From contig JAJDCD010000010.1 of the NCBI GenBank assembly GCA_029261035.1, positions 142,612 to 206,611 on the forward strand: 64,000 nt of DNA, read 5' to 3'. This document shows, in pieces, positions 7,888 through 18,132 of the stretch; the first letter of the stretch is position 1; the number at the start of each line of letters is the position of its first letter. The position numbers and the translations under genes are program-made. This DNA comes from Candidatus Omnitrophota bacterium (GTDB taxonomy: Bacteria; Omnitrophota; Omnitrophia; Omnitrophales; JACROU01). The notes under the pieces are model-generated. The model ran no database searches, was not told where the DNA came from, and saw only the letters and a program-made list of their open reading frames with translations.

Positions 7888-10800
7888 CTACTCCACTTCC
7901 ACCTTAACCACCTTCCGAAAAACCCCCTCAACCCCCAGCCGAATATCATCCAAAACCGTATAAATACAAGGAATAATAACCAACGTCAACCCCGTAGCAA
8001 AAAACAATCCCCACCCAATCGCAAGCGCCATAGGCTTAATAAAAGGATCCGACCCCCCAATACCGTAAGCCACAGGAGTCAAACCCAACACCGTTGTAAC
8101 CGAAGTCAAAATCACAGGCCGTATTCTCAAACGCCCTGCCTCAAAAATCGCACTGGCTCGCGACCAATTCGCTTTCCGACGTTTATTAATAAAATCCACA
8201 AGCACAATCGAATCATTCACCACCACACCACTCAAACCAATCAATCCCAAAAGGGCCATGAAACTTAAAGGCTGTCCATGAAGATAAAAAGCAAAAATAA
8301 CCCCCAAAATCCCAAAAGGAATAGCAACCATAACGACAAGCGGTTGAATAACCGAATTAAACATACATGCCAAAATAATATAAATAAGAAATAAAGCCAT
8401 CAACATCGCTTTAAAAAAGTTACCCAAGGCTTCTGACGTTTCTTCTTGCTCTCCTCCAAAACTAACAGCCACGTCTTGGTGTTGCAGCTCTATTTCTTTT
8501 TCATAAAATCGATCCATAATCGTTTTAATTTGAAGCGGAGTGATAACTTCTTCATCCACATTAGCTGTTACCTGAATCATCCGTTTACGATCAAAACGTT
8601 TAATTGCATGAATCCCAGGAACCTCCTCCATCCTAGCCACTTTCTTCAGTGCAATCAGCTTACCATTTTCATTAGGAACAAAAAATCGATCAAAACTATC
8701 TTTGGAACGTCGTTGTTTTTCAGGGTAACGCACAATCACATCAATCTCTTCATCTGTTTTTTGAATGGTTGTAGCCACACCTCCATCAATTGCATTACGA
8801 ATAGTAAAAGCAATGTCACGCACAGACAAAAAGTTCTTTTTTGCTTCCTCCGCGTTCACAATCACTCTAATTTCATTTTTCCCAACATCAAAGTCATCTC
8901 GAATGTCATAAACGCCTTTCATGGTAGAAAGTTGTGCTTTAAATTTTTCAGCAACTTCCTCCAAAACGTCAAACTGGTCTCCTCTCAAACGAATATTAAC
9001 AGGCTTGCCCACAGGAGGTCCGGCTCTCACTTTTTCGAAAGTAATTTCTTCAAAAATCCCTTTGGACGCTTCTTCTCGCCCCTCTTTCTTTATGATGAGC
9101 GGCTCAAATTTTTCACGGAACTCCTCAATAATCATATCCGCAGTACGTGTACGATCTTTCTCAGGAGTTAAATAAATCCATATCTGGCCAATATGAGTTC
9201 CTCGGTTGGCATAGGGGTCTGAAGGTTCATCCTGTGTCAATCCAACCTGGGTAATAAAATTGTCTAGCTCTCCCTTAGGTAGCTGGGATACAATTTTTTC
9301 AAGAGAAGCAAAGCGCCTTTCGTTCTCCTCCAAAGAAGTCCCAATAGGTGCTTTAACTCGAATAAAAAATTGTTCAATCAATCCTTGAGGAAACAAAATA
9401 AATCTCATTTGAGTTTGAAATAGAATAATTCCTGCAATAAAAATCATCACAACAAGACTCAGAGCTTTATATCGATGATGCACAACCCAACGTAGTAACA
9501 TTAGATAAAATATTCTAAAATTTTGAAAACCCTTTTCAAACCAACCTTTTGACTTCGCTTTTCGATCATGAGTTTTAGATTTACGCGCGAAATCGGCTAA
9601 ATGGCTGGGTAATACAAATATCGCTTCTAACAAAGAGGAGGATAGAGCGGCTATCACGACTAAGGGGATTTCAAAACAAAATTTTCCCATCATTCCTGTC
9701 ATAAAAAAAATCGGCGTAAAAGCAGCAATCGTCGTTAGCACCGTACACAAAACAGGAGTCGCGACCTCACTCGCTCCACGAATAGCCGCTTCCTTTGGAG
9801 AGTAACCTTGCTGAACATACCGATACACATTCTCTGCAATGACAATAGAATCATCCACGATAATCCCCATCACCATAATAAGGGTAAACATGGTAATCAA
9901 ATTAATACTCAAACCCAAACCACTCATCGCCAAAAAAGTAAATCCAACAGCAAGAGGAATACCCACTGCCGTAACACCCGCTACAGATCTGCTTAAGAAA
10001 AATAAAAGAGAAATAAGAACCAATACGATACCAATAGCTCCATTATTCACAAGCACATTCAAACGACGCTTTACGTAATAAGAAAGATCATCAAAATAAG
10101 AAATCTCAATACCTTCAGGCGCAACCTTTTGAAACTCTTCCGATTGTATTTTTACTTTATTCACAACATCGATAATATCAGCTGATTCTTTTTTAATCAC
10201 CGTAAGCGTAATTGTTTTTTTACCTCGGGTCTTTTCTATCAAATTATCATCTTCAAAGGTGTCTCGAATTTCAGCAACATCCTCCACTCGAATCCAATTA
10301 CCAACATCATTCGCACGAATAATCACTTTATTAATTTCTTCAGGAGTTTCAAACTCACCCACAGTCCGAACCAGAAACTCTCCTTCTGTACTTGTGTCTA
10401 GATTACCTCCTGGCAAATTTAAATTTCGTGTTTTTAAAGCAGAAATAACCTCCTCTAAAGACAGACGATATTCATCCACAAGCTGAGGATTCACCTCCAC
10501 CCAGATCTCACGATCTCTCCATCCAATTCGAGACACCTTTGCAACGTCCGGAATATCGAGTAAGCGTGTTTCAAGCCCCTTCGCTATTTTTTGTAATTCC
10601 TTCTCTTCAAAATCTCCTGAAACAGAAACATTAATCACTGGGAAATTTTTAGATTCCAGTTCTGTGACAATGGGGTCATCCTCTAAATCATCCGGCAGAT
10701 CTTTAACACGGTCCACCGCTCTTTGAATATCATTTACTACTTTCCACTTATCTTTTTTGTCTGGATCTAATTTAATAACAAGAAGAGAAATGTTTTCGGT

Positions 10801-11058
10801 CGAAACAGAGGTAAGTTCATCAATTCCATCAATCTCTTTAACTTCATCCTCGATTTTAATGGAAATCAATTTTTCAATTTCTTGAGCAGGCGCTCCAAAG
10901 TAATCCGTACGGACCGTTACTAAATCATAGGATATATTAGGAAATGCTTCACGAGACATATTCGCTAAGGCAAACAAACCGGCCACAATCAAAAACACAG
11001 ACAGCAAGTTCACAAACAAAGAGTTGTTTACTGAGAATGTAATCAGGCGTTTCATCAT
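7888..11058 (-). CDS. RND family efflux transporter permease (AcrB/CzcA-like)
   Basis: 1056 aa with a 12-TM topology and two large periplasmic loops. The typical RND N-terminus is present: MMKRLITFSVNNSLFVNLLSVFLIVAGL. Confidence 0.9.
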   Translation of the reverse strand: MMKRLITFSVNNSLFVNLLSVFLIVAGLFALANMSREAFPNISYDLVTVRTDYFGAPAQEIEKLISIKIEDEVKEIDGIDELTSVSTENISLLVIKLDPDKKDKWKVVNDIQRAVDRVKDLPDDLEDDPIVTELESKNFPVINVSVSGDFEEKELQKIAKGLETRLLDIPDVAKVSRIGWRDREIWVEVNPQLVDEYRLSLEEVISALKTRNLNLPGGNLDTSTEGEFLVRTVGEFETPEEINKVIIRANDVGNWIRVEDVAEIRDTFEDDNLIEKTRGKKTITLTVIKKESADIIDVVNKVKIQSEEFQKVAPEGIEISYFDDLSYYVKRRLNVLVNNGAIGIVLVLISLLFFLSRSVAGVTAVGIPLAVGFTFLAMSGLGLSINLITMFTLIMVMGIIVDDSIVIAENVYRYVQQGYSPKEAAIRGASEVATPVLCTVLTTIAAFTPIFFMTGMMGKFCFEIPLVVIAALSSSLLEAIFVLPSHLADFARKSKTHDRKAKSKGWFEKGFQNFRIFYLMLLRWVVHHRYKALSLVVMIFIAGIILFQTQMRFILFPQGLIEQFFIRVKAPIGTSLEENERRFASLEKIVSQLPKGELDNFITQVGLTQDEPSDPYANRGTHIGQIWIYLTPEKDRTRTADMIIEEFREKFEPLIIKKEGREEASKGIFEEITFEKVRAGPPVGKPVNIRLRGDQFDVLEEVAEKFKAQLSTMKGVYDIRDDFDVGKNEIRVIVNAEEAKKNFLSVRDIAFTIRNAIDGGVATTIQKTDEEIDVIVRYPEKQRRSKDSFDRFFVPNENGKLIALKKVARMEEVPGIHAIKRFDRKRMIQVTANVDEEVITPLQIKTIMDRFYEKEIELQHQDVAVSFGGEQEETSEALGNFFKAMLMALFLIYIILACMFNSVIQPLVVMVAIPFGILGVIFAFYLHGQPLSFMALLGLIGLSGVVVNDSIVLVDFINKRRKANWSRASAIFEAGRLRIRPVILTSVTTVLGLTPVAYGIGGSDPFIKPMALAIGWGLFFATGLTLVIIPCIYTVLDDIRLGVEGVFRKVVKVEVE

Positions 11059-11095
11059 AACTTTTTCCTTTGTCGGCCAAAATTTAATAACGGGT

Positions 11096-11230
11096 CAAAT
11101 TGTCATCCTTGAGCGTAGCGAAGGATCTATGAGAAAGGAGTTTTCTTTAAAAACCAGAGATTCTTCGTCGTTACACTCCTCAGAATGACACCCCAACTGG
11201 CTTCCCGACCAAGTAGGGAATGACAAATTA
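11096..11230. repeat. MITE-like nested palindromic element (family F arms TGTCATCCTTGAGCGTAGCGAAGGATC ... CTCAGAATGACA ... GGAATGACAAATT)
   Basis: Inverted repeats seen in sequence. The same family is found at 57431-57456 and 57585-57610. Confidence 0.6.
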
Positions 11231-11258
11231 TCTGACCTCGGCATTCTGTTCCTTATGA

Positions 11259-12758
11259 CTATATCTCCACTACCAAATCAAGTTGTTCTAGTAATTTATT
11301 TTGTGTCCGAAGCACTTTGTCTTTAGCTTTTTCATATTCAATAAAAGCTTCTATCTTATCTGTTTTAGCATCTAATAAGTCGTCTTGATAATCAATCATC
11401 ACTTTACTTGAAGAGCGGCCAACTTTAAATTGTTTCGATTCTTCCTTTAATTTTTCTCTCTGTAATTCTTCAATTTTTATAGCCTGTTTAAATTTTTGCT
11501 GTGATACTTGCAGTTCTTTATAAACATTTTCTATTTCTAATATAATTTCCTGAATCAAACGCTCCAATTCTAACTTAGCCTGCTTCAGCTCAAACTTCGC
11601 TTTTTCAGTACCAGCTCTTGCTTCTCTATTTTCCAACGGATAATCAAGGTCAAAGCCAATGAAATAACGAGGGTGATTAAATCCAAAAATTTCCCCTTCC
11701 GTTGGCTTTAAGTTCTCATCAAATGCATTTGTTTGAACTGTGGCAAAAACATCCAGTTGAGGCAGTTTTCTCATCTTATTTACTTTTACATTCAAACCCT
11801 TGCTTTCAATTTCAATGAGCTTCTGCTTATAATCTCTTCTAGATTCAATGATGTTCTTCATAACTTCCGCCAAAGACACGTTCACTTCACGAAACTTAAG
11901 ATCTTCACTTGGAATCACATCTTCTTCATAGGAAAGTAACAATTTCAAATCATTCATCGAAACTTGAGATGCCAGCTGCGCATCAAGTATATTCTGAATA
12001 CGATCTCTTAAATTAGCTTCCGAAGCATAAAAATCCGGAAGTTCTGACAAGCCTGTATCTAATTGTTTTTTGACAATATCATAAAATTTTTCAGCAATCG
12101 TATAAGCTTCTTTCCTAGCAGCCAATAGACGTAATTCCTTAACATAAGTCCAATAAGCTTCTCTAGTTTCAAAAACAATTTGTTCTATATTGTCTATCAC
12201 CTCTTCTTTGAATCCTCTCACATCCAAGCGCACTTGCTGAATCTCTGATCGATCGATAATTCCAAAAGCATTTCTAAGAAGAGGCTGCCTCACTTCAACT
12301 CCAGCATGCGCTTCATAATTAGGGTTTAATGCCGCAAAAGCAGAGTCCGTAGAATTTCTCTGACTTTCATGAAACACATCTACCTCCAAACCGACAGCCG
12401 TCTTTTTTGATAAACGCGCACTCACACGACTTGTTATTGTTTTTTCTCCCAAAATAATTGTAGGTTGCTGTTCTTTTTCCCAGTCATAGGTAGCTTCTGC
12501 AGTCAGTTGAGTATCGTAACGAGCCTTCTCTTTCATAATATCCGTTTTTCGCGCAGAATAATCTAGTTTCGTTACTTGAATATCAAGGCTTTTAAGCAAC
12601 GCCATTCGAGCCACATCATTAGCTGTAACCTTGTCCGCTTCTAAAGGAGGAAACTGCTCATTAAGCATTGCAGGCTTCTCAATCCCTTCCGCAAAAAGAA
12701 AACATGTCTGACTCGCAAACAATACTAAAAGAAAAATAGTGAAAAATGGATTTCTCAT
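11259..12758 (-). CDS. Outer membrane efflux protein (TolC/OEP family)
   Basis: 499 aa with a signal peptide and two OEP-type coiled-coil repeats. Sits immediately downstream of the MarR gene and upstream of the RND gene. Confidence 0.8.
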   Translation of the reverse strand: MRNPFFTIFLLVLFASQTCFLFAEGIEKPAMLNEQFPPLEADKVTANDVARMALLKSLDIQVTKLDYSARKTDIMKEKARYDTQLTAEATYDWEKEQQPTIILGEKTITSRVSARLSKKTAVGLEVDVFHESQRNSTDSAFAALNPNYEAHAGVEVRQPLLRNAFGIIDRSEIQQVRLDVRGFKEEVIDNIEQIVFETREAYWTYVKELRLLAARKEAYTIAEKFYDIVKKQLDTGLSELPDFYASEANLRDRIQNILDAQLASQVSMNDLKLLLSYEEDVIPSEDLKFREVNVSLAEVMKNIIESRRDYKQKLIEIESKGLNVKVNKMRKLPQLDVFATVQTNAFDENLKPTEGEIFGFNHPRYFIGFDLDYPLENREARAGTEKAKFELKQAKLELERLIQEIILEIENVYKELQVSQQKFKQAIKIEELQREKLKEESKQFKVGRSSSKVMIDYQDDLLDAKTDKIEAFIEYEKAKDKVLRTQNKLLEQLDLVVEI

Positions 12759-12762
12759 TGTC

Positions 12763-13215
12763 TTATCCTTTATTACTAAAAAATTGATTCAAATAAGTGT
12801 CTAAAGATACATTGATAGCTTCATAAAATTTCTTTATGGTTTTAACTTCACCACCAGAAAAGGCTCCCAATTGCTTGGCAATACGACCCACGGTCATCTT
12901 GCGAATGTAACTGACAACAGACTTCCCCGACTCTGTTACCTGAATAAAGTAAACGCGACGATCTTTAGAGTCTTTAACACGTTTTATTAATTTTTGCTTT
13001 TCTAAACGGTCTACAAGGTTCGTAATTGAGGAGGATGCTAAATAAAGCTTCTCTGCAATCTCATTCATTCTCAGAGAGCCTTCATCAACAATAAGAATCA
13101 ACAGCGAAAACTGAGGAATAGTTAGATTTTTTTCTGTTAAAATTTTTGAGTAGAAACGAGAAAATTTACCCTGAATACTTCTTAAAATACTTTCCAACTC
13201 TTTTCGATCGGCCAT
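12763..13215 (-). CDS. MarR family transcriptional regulator
   Basis: Winged-helix region LTIPQFSLLILIVDEGSLRMNEIAEKLYLASSSITNLVDRLEKQKLIKRVKDSKDRRVYFIQVTESG. The likely start is ATG 13215 (MADRKELE...). The track extension to 13317 is probably upstream read-through. Confidence 0.8.
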   Translation of the reverse strand: MADRKELESILRSIQGKFSRFYSKILTEKNLTIPQFSLLILIVDEGSLRMNEIAEKLYLASSSITNLVDRLEKQKLIKRVKDSKDRRVYFIQVTESGKSVVSYIRKMTVGRIAKQLGAFSGGEVKTIKKFYEAINVSLDTYLNQFFSNKG

Positions 13216-13314
13216 TGAACAACCCCTATAATTACTTTGAATATCAAATAGTTTGAACTTCGAAGTAATTATAATACTTTTCCCCATTTTTGTCAAAATG
13301 ACAGCGTCTCTGGA

Positions 13315-13348
13315 CAAAAAAAAGGCCCGAATCGAATAGATTCGGGCC
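13315..13348 (-). terminator. Rho-independent terminator of the bc-complex operon
   Basis: On minus: GGCCCGAATC-tattc-GATTCGGGCC followed by TTTTTTTTT. Perfect 10-bp stem, immediately downstream of the cytochrome c gene stop. Confidence 0.8.
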
Positions 13349-13373
13349 TAAGAATAAATTATTATAAAAAAGT

Positions 13374-16217
13374 TTACTTCTTTTTCTTCTTATCGTTCTC
13401 TTCAGGTAATTGAACCACATAATCACGAAGCGCAATAATTTGCTTCATAGCATCCCCTTCTAAAATATCCGGTAGCGGAGACTGAAGATCTGGAAAATAA
13501 CCCGGCATACCTGTTCCTGGCATTAATGCGTCTGGATTCTTCAACCAATCAACAATCCACTCATGTCGGAGTCGATCACGAGATAACAATAAGTTTGGTG
13601 CTAATTCACTGGCGGATACTTCTCCACTACTTCCTACCATTCCCTCTGTGACTGCGTGACATTGGATACAACGCAATTGATCAAACAATAAAGCTCCTGC
13701 AGCCAAAGACTCTTCTGTTGGTTGCGCTTTAGTTTCAGAGAATGTCTCTTCAACACCATCTTCAGCTCTAAAATGTTTGATAATCACATCAATCTCTTCA
13801 TCTGTAAATCCAAAGGTAGGCATACGTGTTTTAAGCCATGGACGTATCTCAGAAGGCGCTTTTAAGAACTCATGGAACCAATCCCCTTGGACACGAGCTC
13901 CTTGACCTACAATACTTGGAGGTGCCATTACTGAATCATCTACATATTTTCCAATATCTCCACCAACCCCTGTATCTACTTCATGACAGCCCGCACAGTT
14001 CATATCGCGAATCAGTCGTTTTCCATCTTCAACGAGCCTCTCTTGTTCATCTAATAATTTTAAACGATTCATTGGCACATGATTCACTTTAAGCCCTGAT
14101 AAGTATGTTACAAGCGAATTTCTTTGATCCTCTGTTAAATTAAATTGAGGCATCCTCAGCTTTTCTTTTCTTGTCTTCTCTTTGCCTTGATCAAAAATAC
14201 GAGGCTGTTTGATTTTAGTTTGATAAAACGATTGATGCGTATGCGGCACGTCCACAAAACCAAAGTCAAATTGCTCCATAGGCTTACTCGACTCATGCGT
14301 CAACTCAACACCAATTCGAGTCGCATCTTCAAAACCTGAAATATCATGACAAGCATAACAACCATAGAAATTAGTCAGCTTCTCTCCCAAATAAACCACC
14401 TTTTCATCTTGAGACATGGAAGCTAACTTTTCATTCACTTGTTTATCTGTCAAACCTTCTCTTAGGTCTTCTCTAACCATTTCTTCCAGAGCATCTTGGT
14501 TTAGTTCAGGCTCTGCAAGTTCTTCAAAGGGTTCATTTTTAAGTGTTACTAAGAAAGCCGCTACATCCAAAGCCTCTTGATCTGTGAGTCGGAGGCTAGG
14601 CATGCTGGTCTCTGGATTATAATGCTTTGGATTCTTTAACCAATCTACCAACCAAGGAACATTTACCTTACTACCAATCTGAGAAAGGTTCGGAGCAAAA
14701 TCACTGACCTTATCTTCACCGACAGAGTGACAACCCAAACAACCTATTTCTTTAACAAGCTTTTGTCCTTGTTCTGCATCTCCCTCACCTGTAATTTCTT
14801 CTGGAACAAACTCTTCAGATTGATCAAACAAATAAGTCACAATAGCATGCACTTGTGTATCTTCAACTTCTTCTGAGGCTGCATTCGATAACCCAAAGAA
14901 ACTTGGCATTTTAGTATCTGGTCTAAAACTTTTTGGATCTTTCAACCATTTCGCAGTCCAACCCGGATCCACCTTTCCTCTAATTCTCTTCAAGGAAGGT
15001 CCTGCTTTTCGAATTTCTTCTTCAGGTAAACCTTTTACTTCATGACAACCAACACAACCCATCTCTTCAAACAATTGACGTCCTTCATTCAACTCAACAG
15101 CTTCTGGAATCACTAGTTGTTGATCATGGCATTGCAAACAAGAGGATTCTACATACTTTAAAGGCAACATTGGCTCTGCCCAATGCTTTAAAGGATGCCA
15201 ATCGTATTTCTCTTCCCATTCATGAGCTTGCTCATTTGAGTTTGCAGCATGACCCGCGTGATAAAAATCAATCGCTTGCCCATTTCCACTATGACAAGAG
15301 GTGCAACCGAATGTTTCCATTGCATGAGGTGAGCTCGAAGAAACGTAAAGATCTAAGTTTGGATGTGTTGTAAACGGTTGAGGAGCATCTTCAAAACCTT
15401 TAAGATCAATTCCTAAATGACAAGTGGTACAACGATCAATTTTAGGAACCTGAACAAAACTTAAGTCATCATAAAGGTCTTCCATCACTAATTGACGGAT
15501 TCTTAATGTTGGGGCAATAAAGTCAAACATAGGACTATTTCTAAAAGCATTAAAAAGGCTGGGCTTTAAATTCTTAATCTTATCCTTAACACGCTTCTCT
15601 TCACTTCTCATCAAGGCTAGACTTTCCACTAACTCCGATTTATTTTCTAGAATGGAGTTAATTTCATTCTCAAGAGTTGTCCTCTGAAAAATAAGTTCGC
15701 CCTTAATACTCTTATTTTCGCCAACAAGAATTTTCCAGCGATTTAGCTCTTCTTTAAGAAGAGCTAATTTACTTTCTTGAGAGACTTCAACCTGAACAAG
15801 ATGTTCATCAGAATGGGCTCTCTGTTCTTCAAATTGATATTTAATCGCCTCCAGCTCCGCTTGTTGACTCTTAAGGTCCGTATCTAATAACAAAATCTCT
15901 TTATCTAACTGCTTCAGCTGTTTTTCTTTTTCTTTCAAAACTGTTTTTTGTTCTTTCAGAGATTCTTCTTCTTCTTTTAATTTTTTTTCTATACGAGCCA
16001 TTTTTTTCTGGCGCGTTTTTTTCGTTAACTCCTCTAACTCCCCTTTTGTTTGCTCAACCTGCATTTTGTTAAAAGAACGCTGATACTTTTTCCACTCACG
16101 AGAGTAGTCATCCACAATAACACACAGAACCACTAAGAATAGAATCACACTAGCGATTCCAAAGATCACTGAAAGCTTTGCTGTATTGTATAAAAATTCG
16201 TTTTTTTTATCGGCCAT
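13374..16217 (-). CDS. Membrane-anchored octaheme c-type cytochrome with a long N-terminal coiled coil (cytochrome c subunit of the bc complex)
   Basis: 947 aa. N-terminal TM helix, then about 220 aa of heptad-rich K/E/L sequence. Eight CxxCH motifs follow: CTTCH, CTSCH, CLQCH, CVGCH, CLGCH, CYACH, CAGCH, CIQCH. Last gene of the Rieske / cytochrome b operon. Confidence 0.8.
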   Translation of the reverse strand: MADKKNEFLYNTAKLSVIFGIASVILFLVVLCVIVDDYSREWKKYQRSFNKMQVEQTKGELEELTKKTRQKKMARIEKKLKEEEESLKEQKTVLKEKEKQLKQLDKEILLLDTDLKSQQAELEAIKYQFEEQRAHSDEHLVQVEVSQESKLALLKEELNRWKILVGENKSIKGELIFQRTTLENEINSILENKSELVESLALMRSEEKRVKDKIKNLKPSLFNAFRNSPMFDFIAPTLRIRQLVMEDLYDDLSFVQVPKIDRCTTCHLGIDLKGFEDAPQPFTTHPNLDLYVSSSSPHAMETFGCTSCHSGNGQAIDFYHAGHAANSNEQAHEWEEKYDWHPLKHWAEPMLPLKYVESSCLQCHDQQLVIPEAVELNEGRQLFEEMGCVGCHEVKGLPEEEIRKAGPSLKRIRGKVDPGWTAKWLKDPKSFRPDTKMPSFFGLSNAASEEVEDTQVHAIVTYLFDQSEEFVPEEITGEGDAEQGQKLVKEIGCLGCHSVGEDKVSDFAPNLSQIGSKVNVPWLVDWLKNPKHYNPETSMPSLRLTDQEALDVAAFLVTLKNEPFEELAEPELNQDALEEMVREDLREGLTDKQVNEKLASMSQDEKVVYLGEKLTNFYGCYACHDISGFEDATRIGVELTHESSKPMEQFDFGFVDVPHTHQSFYQTKIKQPRIFDQGKEKTRKEKLRMPQFNLTEDQRNSLVTYLSGLKVNHVPMNRLKLLDEQERLVEDGKRLIRDMNCAGCHEVDTGVGGDIGKYVDDSVMAPPSIVGQGARVQGDWFHEFLKAPSEIRPWLKTRMPTFGFTDEEIDVIIKHFRAEDGVEETFSETKAQPTEESLAAGALLFDQLRCIQCHAVTEGMVGSSGEVSASELAPNLLLSRDRLRHEWIVDWLKNPDALMPGTGMPGYFPDLQSPLPDILEGDAMKQIIALRDYVVQLPEENDKKKKK

Positions 16218-16233
16218 TTTAATTCACTAACTA

Positions 16234-17313
16234 TTAGATGTTGAAAAAATATTCTGGAATAGCAACGATGTATTTAATGTTAAACAACCATCTTAAATAC
16301 ATTTTGATGGGAAGCGCTACCGTAGTTAACAATAACATCATCAAGAAACCATAACGAATGGCTCCCATTTCCATAAAAAACTTTTTAAATAACGTTTTGG
16401 CTAAAACAATTGGAATCAAACCAAAATAAACAAAAACCAAAATAATTCCAAAAATTTCACGTGTAAACCAAAACCGAGGCATGGCTGTTTGGAACCATTT
16501 AATAAAAATAATTTCAGATAAGTTAATATTCACCGAAGGAACCACTTTATGAACATCCCAAACCTCATAGGGTCCAAAGAAGTTCCAGTTAGGCCCTCTC
16601 AGAAAGGTGCCTATCACAATCAAAAAAATCCAAAGCACCAAAAATCCAAAAAGAAATGAAACAATCGCGAACTTTCTTTCTTTAAAAGTGTAATATCCAT
16701 TTCCTTTTTTGTTCTTATCTAAATAAGGAATCGCCATCAAACCCACAATAATTAAAACAGGCAATACAACACCCGCAATCCAAGGGTCAAAGTAAACAAG
16801 CATCTCTTGAAGTCCTAAGAAATACCAAGGGGCCTTTGAAGGATTAGGTGAAATTGTAGGATTCGCAGGTTCTTCTAGAGGAGCCTGAAGCGCTAAAGCC
16901 CAAATCAAAAGAACAATCGTCGCCAAAATCATACATAAAAATTCAGTGTAAACAAGGTTGGGCCAAACAAAAAGTTTTTCGTTGGCTTCCGACTTTTCGA
17001 ACGTAGGCTCTCCTTTTTCGGTACGGATATCATTATCCACACCTTTACGCAAAGAAAACCATGTAAAGAAAATAATTAAAAACAACATCCCAACAATCGG
17101 AACATTATCGGGTAGGGTTACAATTTTTCTGAAATGATCATCTGTAAGACTCACTAGAAAGAATGTCGTAAACAATCCTAGAAAAGTTAAAAATACAGGG
17201 GTCTTAGTAAAAAAACGCACATAGTGCATTACTACAAAAAAACCGATGATCGTAGCTGTAATAAACAGCTGAGGTGAAGAAATTGTATCTATAAAATTTT
17301 TTAATGCGTCCAT
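16234..17313 (-). CDS. Cytochrome b C-terminal-half / subunit IV-like membrane protein (extended)
   Basis: 359-aa polytopic protein containing APWYFLGLQEMLVYFDPW. This is the PEWYFL signature of cytochrome b C-terminal domain / PetD. It sits between the cyt b6-like and cytochrome c genes. Confidence 0.7.
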   Translation of the reverse strand: MDALKNFIDTISSPQLFITATIIGFFVVMHYVRFFTKTPVFLTFLGLFTTFFLVSLTDDHFRKIVTLPDNVPIVGMLFLIIFFTWFSLRKGVDNDIRTEKGEPTFEKSEANEKLFVWPNLVYTEFLCMILATIVLLIWALALQAPLEEPANPTISPNPSKAPWYFLGLQEMLVYFDPWIAGVVLPVLIIVGLMAIPYLDKNKKGNGYYTFKERKFAIVSFLFGFLVLWIFLIVIGTFLRGPNWNFFGPYEVWDVHKVVPSVNINLSEIIFIKWFQTAMPRFWFTREIFGIILVFVYFGLIPIVLAKTLFKKFFMEMGAIRYGFLMMLLLTTVALPIKMYLRWLFNIKYIVAIPEYFFNI

Positions 17314-17339
17314 CTGCTTCCTTTGTCTTTCGCGAAGGT

Positions 17340-18131
17340 TTATACGGGAGTTGAAATCCCACCGTCTTTACGAATTCTCCAAAAGTGAACAGCCATTAAA
17401 ACTGCTGCAGCCAATGGAATAGCGACACAATGTAATATATAAAATCGAAGTAAAGTAGCAGCGCCCACAAATCGACCGCCTAATAATGCAAAACGCACAT
17501 CGTCTCCAGAGTGAACCAAGCTCACTCCAGCAATATTTAAGAAAGAGGCTCCAGGTCCTTCATGCCCCAAGAATGGCGTTGCTCTCGCCATATTAGATCC
17601 AACAGTAATAGCCCAAATAGCCAATTGGTCCCAAGGCAATAAGTACCCCGTAAAACTTAAAAGAAGGGTCAGAACTAATAAAATAACACCAATATTCCAA
17701 TTAAACTCGCGTGGCGGTTTATAAGAACCTGTCATAAAAACACGAAACATATGAAGCCAAACAGCAATAACCATCGCATGAGCACCCCAACGATGAATTT
17801 CTCTCATAATACCTAAAGGAACATGATCCCTTAAAGCCATAATATCGCTAAACGCATACTCTGCTGTTGGACGATAATAAAACATCAACAAAACACCTGT
17901 AATCACTTCCACAAGAAAAATAAAAAAAGCCAAGCCACCCATACACCAGGTATAGCTGATTCGGATTCCCGACTTACGTGCGGTAACGGGATGAAGATGG
18001 AGGAAAACATTCGACAAAATTACAAGCGAACGATTTCTCTTATCCGTAGGCTTTCCATGACGAAAAATAGATTTCCAAATTTGAGATTGTCTAAAATTTT
18101 CCCACAAAGATTTTTTCGGTGCTGTTGCCAT
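17340..18131 (-). CDS. Cytochrome b6-like (N-terminal heme-binding half of cytochrome b)
   Basis: 263 aa, four TM helices with paired His (HRWGAHAM..., LHCVAIPL...). Typical of split cytochrome b6. Confidence 0.85.
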   Translation of the reverse strand: MATAPKKSLWENFRQSQIWKSIFRHGKPTDKRNRSLVILSNVFLHLHPVTARKSGIRISYTWCMGGLAFFIFLVEVITGVLLMFYYRPTAEYAFSDIMALRDHVPLGIMREIHRWGAHAMVIAVWLHMFRVFMTGSYKPPREFNWNIGVILLVLTLLLSFTGYLLPWDQLAIWAITVGSNMARATPFLGHEGPGASFLNIAGVSLVHSGDDVRFALLGGRFVGAATLLRFYILHCVAIPLAAAVLMAVHFWRIRKDGGISTPV

Positions 18132-18132
18132 A

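Noticed and set aside
7564-8268. 234-aa plus-strand ORF rich in N/P/K/R/H
   Set aside because: Its first part is the structured suhB-RND spacer and the remainder is antisense to the RND permease gene. Low-complexity composition typical of out-of-frame translation of AT-rich DNA.
8446-9171. 241-aa plus-strand ORF and several others (8921-9175, 9808-10078, 10259-10486)
   Set aside because: All are antisense to the well-supported RND transporter ORF.
13244-13435. 63-aa minus ORF spanning the MarR upstream region and cytochrome c terminator
   Set aside because: Overlaps a clear rho-independent terminator and the MarR leader. No SD. Composition is unlike a real protein.
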